Assembly (NCBI GenBank): GCA_904063045.1
Contig: CAJFCJ010000021.1
Coordinates: 620,001-684,000 of the forward strand
Length of the DNA stretch: 64,000 nucleotides
Source of the DNA: Dimorphilus gyrociliatus
Taxonomy: Eukaryota; Animalia; Annelida
Direction: 5' to 3'
The notes below the pieces were generated by a model. It made no database searches. It saw only the letters and a program-made list of their open reading frames with translations, and was not told the DNA's origin. Both the position numbers and the translations under genes were made by a program. Positions 63,872 through 64,000 of this stretch are shown one piece after another. The stretch's first letter is position 1, and each line of letters opens with the position of its first letter.

Positions 63872-64000
63872 TTAAATCGGTTGAAAAAGCTTTTTAAGAG
63901 ATTCCTTGTCGTCATTCACGGCGATTTGTAAAGCTACATCAAAATCTGGAACGTAAGCGGCTTGTTTAGCTTTCTCTTTCATTTCGACTTTAAAATCATT
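63872..64000 (-). CDS. Probable terminal coding exon of an unidentified gene that runs off the window edge
   Basis: Minus strand is open for 42 codons from the window edge (NDFKVEMKEKAKQAAYVPDFDVALQIAVNDDKESLKKLFQPI*), with coding-like composition. Family not recognised. Confidence 0.45.
   Translation of the reverse strand, partial: NDFKVEMKEKAKQAAYVPDFDVALQIAVNDDKESLKKLFQPI

Noticed and set aside
1-64000. CRISPR arrays, rRNA, intact transposons or prokaryotic operons
   Set aside because: The sequence is spliceosomal eukaryotic DNA; I saw no spaced direct repeats, transposase/RT motifs or long terminal repeats.

Overview
AT-rich, gene-dense animal (metazoan) genomic DNA with mostly 53-95 nt GT-AG introns. 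A compact-genome invertebrate such as a meiofaunal annelid is my guess, not shown by the sequence. I built gene models by hand from splice sites and reading frames. In order: the 3' part of a Slo/BK-family K+ channel (+), ABCC4/MRP4-like (+), a ~17.6 kb coding-poor block holding a 3-exon IRF2BP gene (+), ERI2 (+), a ~61-exon giant polycystin-1-like gene (+, 28.8-57.3 kb), Hikeshi/OPI10 (-), a PRXL2B/SelU-family gene (+), FABP (+) and a probable last exon of an unknown gene (-). One 5.2 kb intron of the polycystin gene holds an antisense GPI-proteoglycan-like gene and an orphan signal-peptide ORF. Strongest finding, missed by the ORF track: the PRXL2B-like gene has an in-frame TGA at the first Cys of its CxxC motif and a canonical type II SECIS in its 3' UTR, so it is very likely a selenoprotein. 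Other notable signals: three C-type lectin domains inserted inside one LamG domain of the polycystin, a Slo channel with both key Ca-bowl aspartates replaced by Gly, at least 10 dispersed TATAC(A/T)GTATA motifs resembling Tc1/mariner excision footprints, and convergent CTCF-like sites plus motif-rich, self-complementary CpG patches around IRF2BP. All counts are by eye; no database searches were run.
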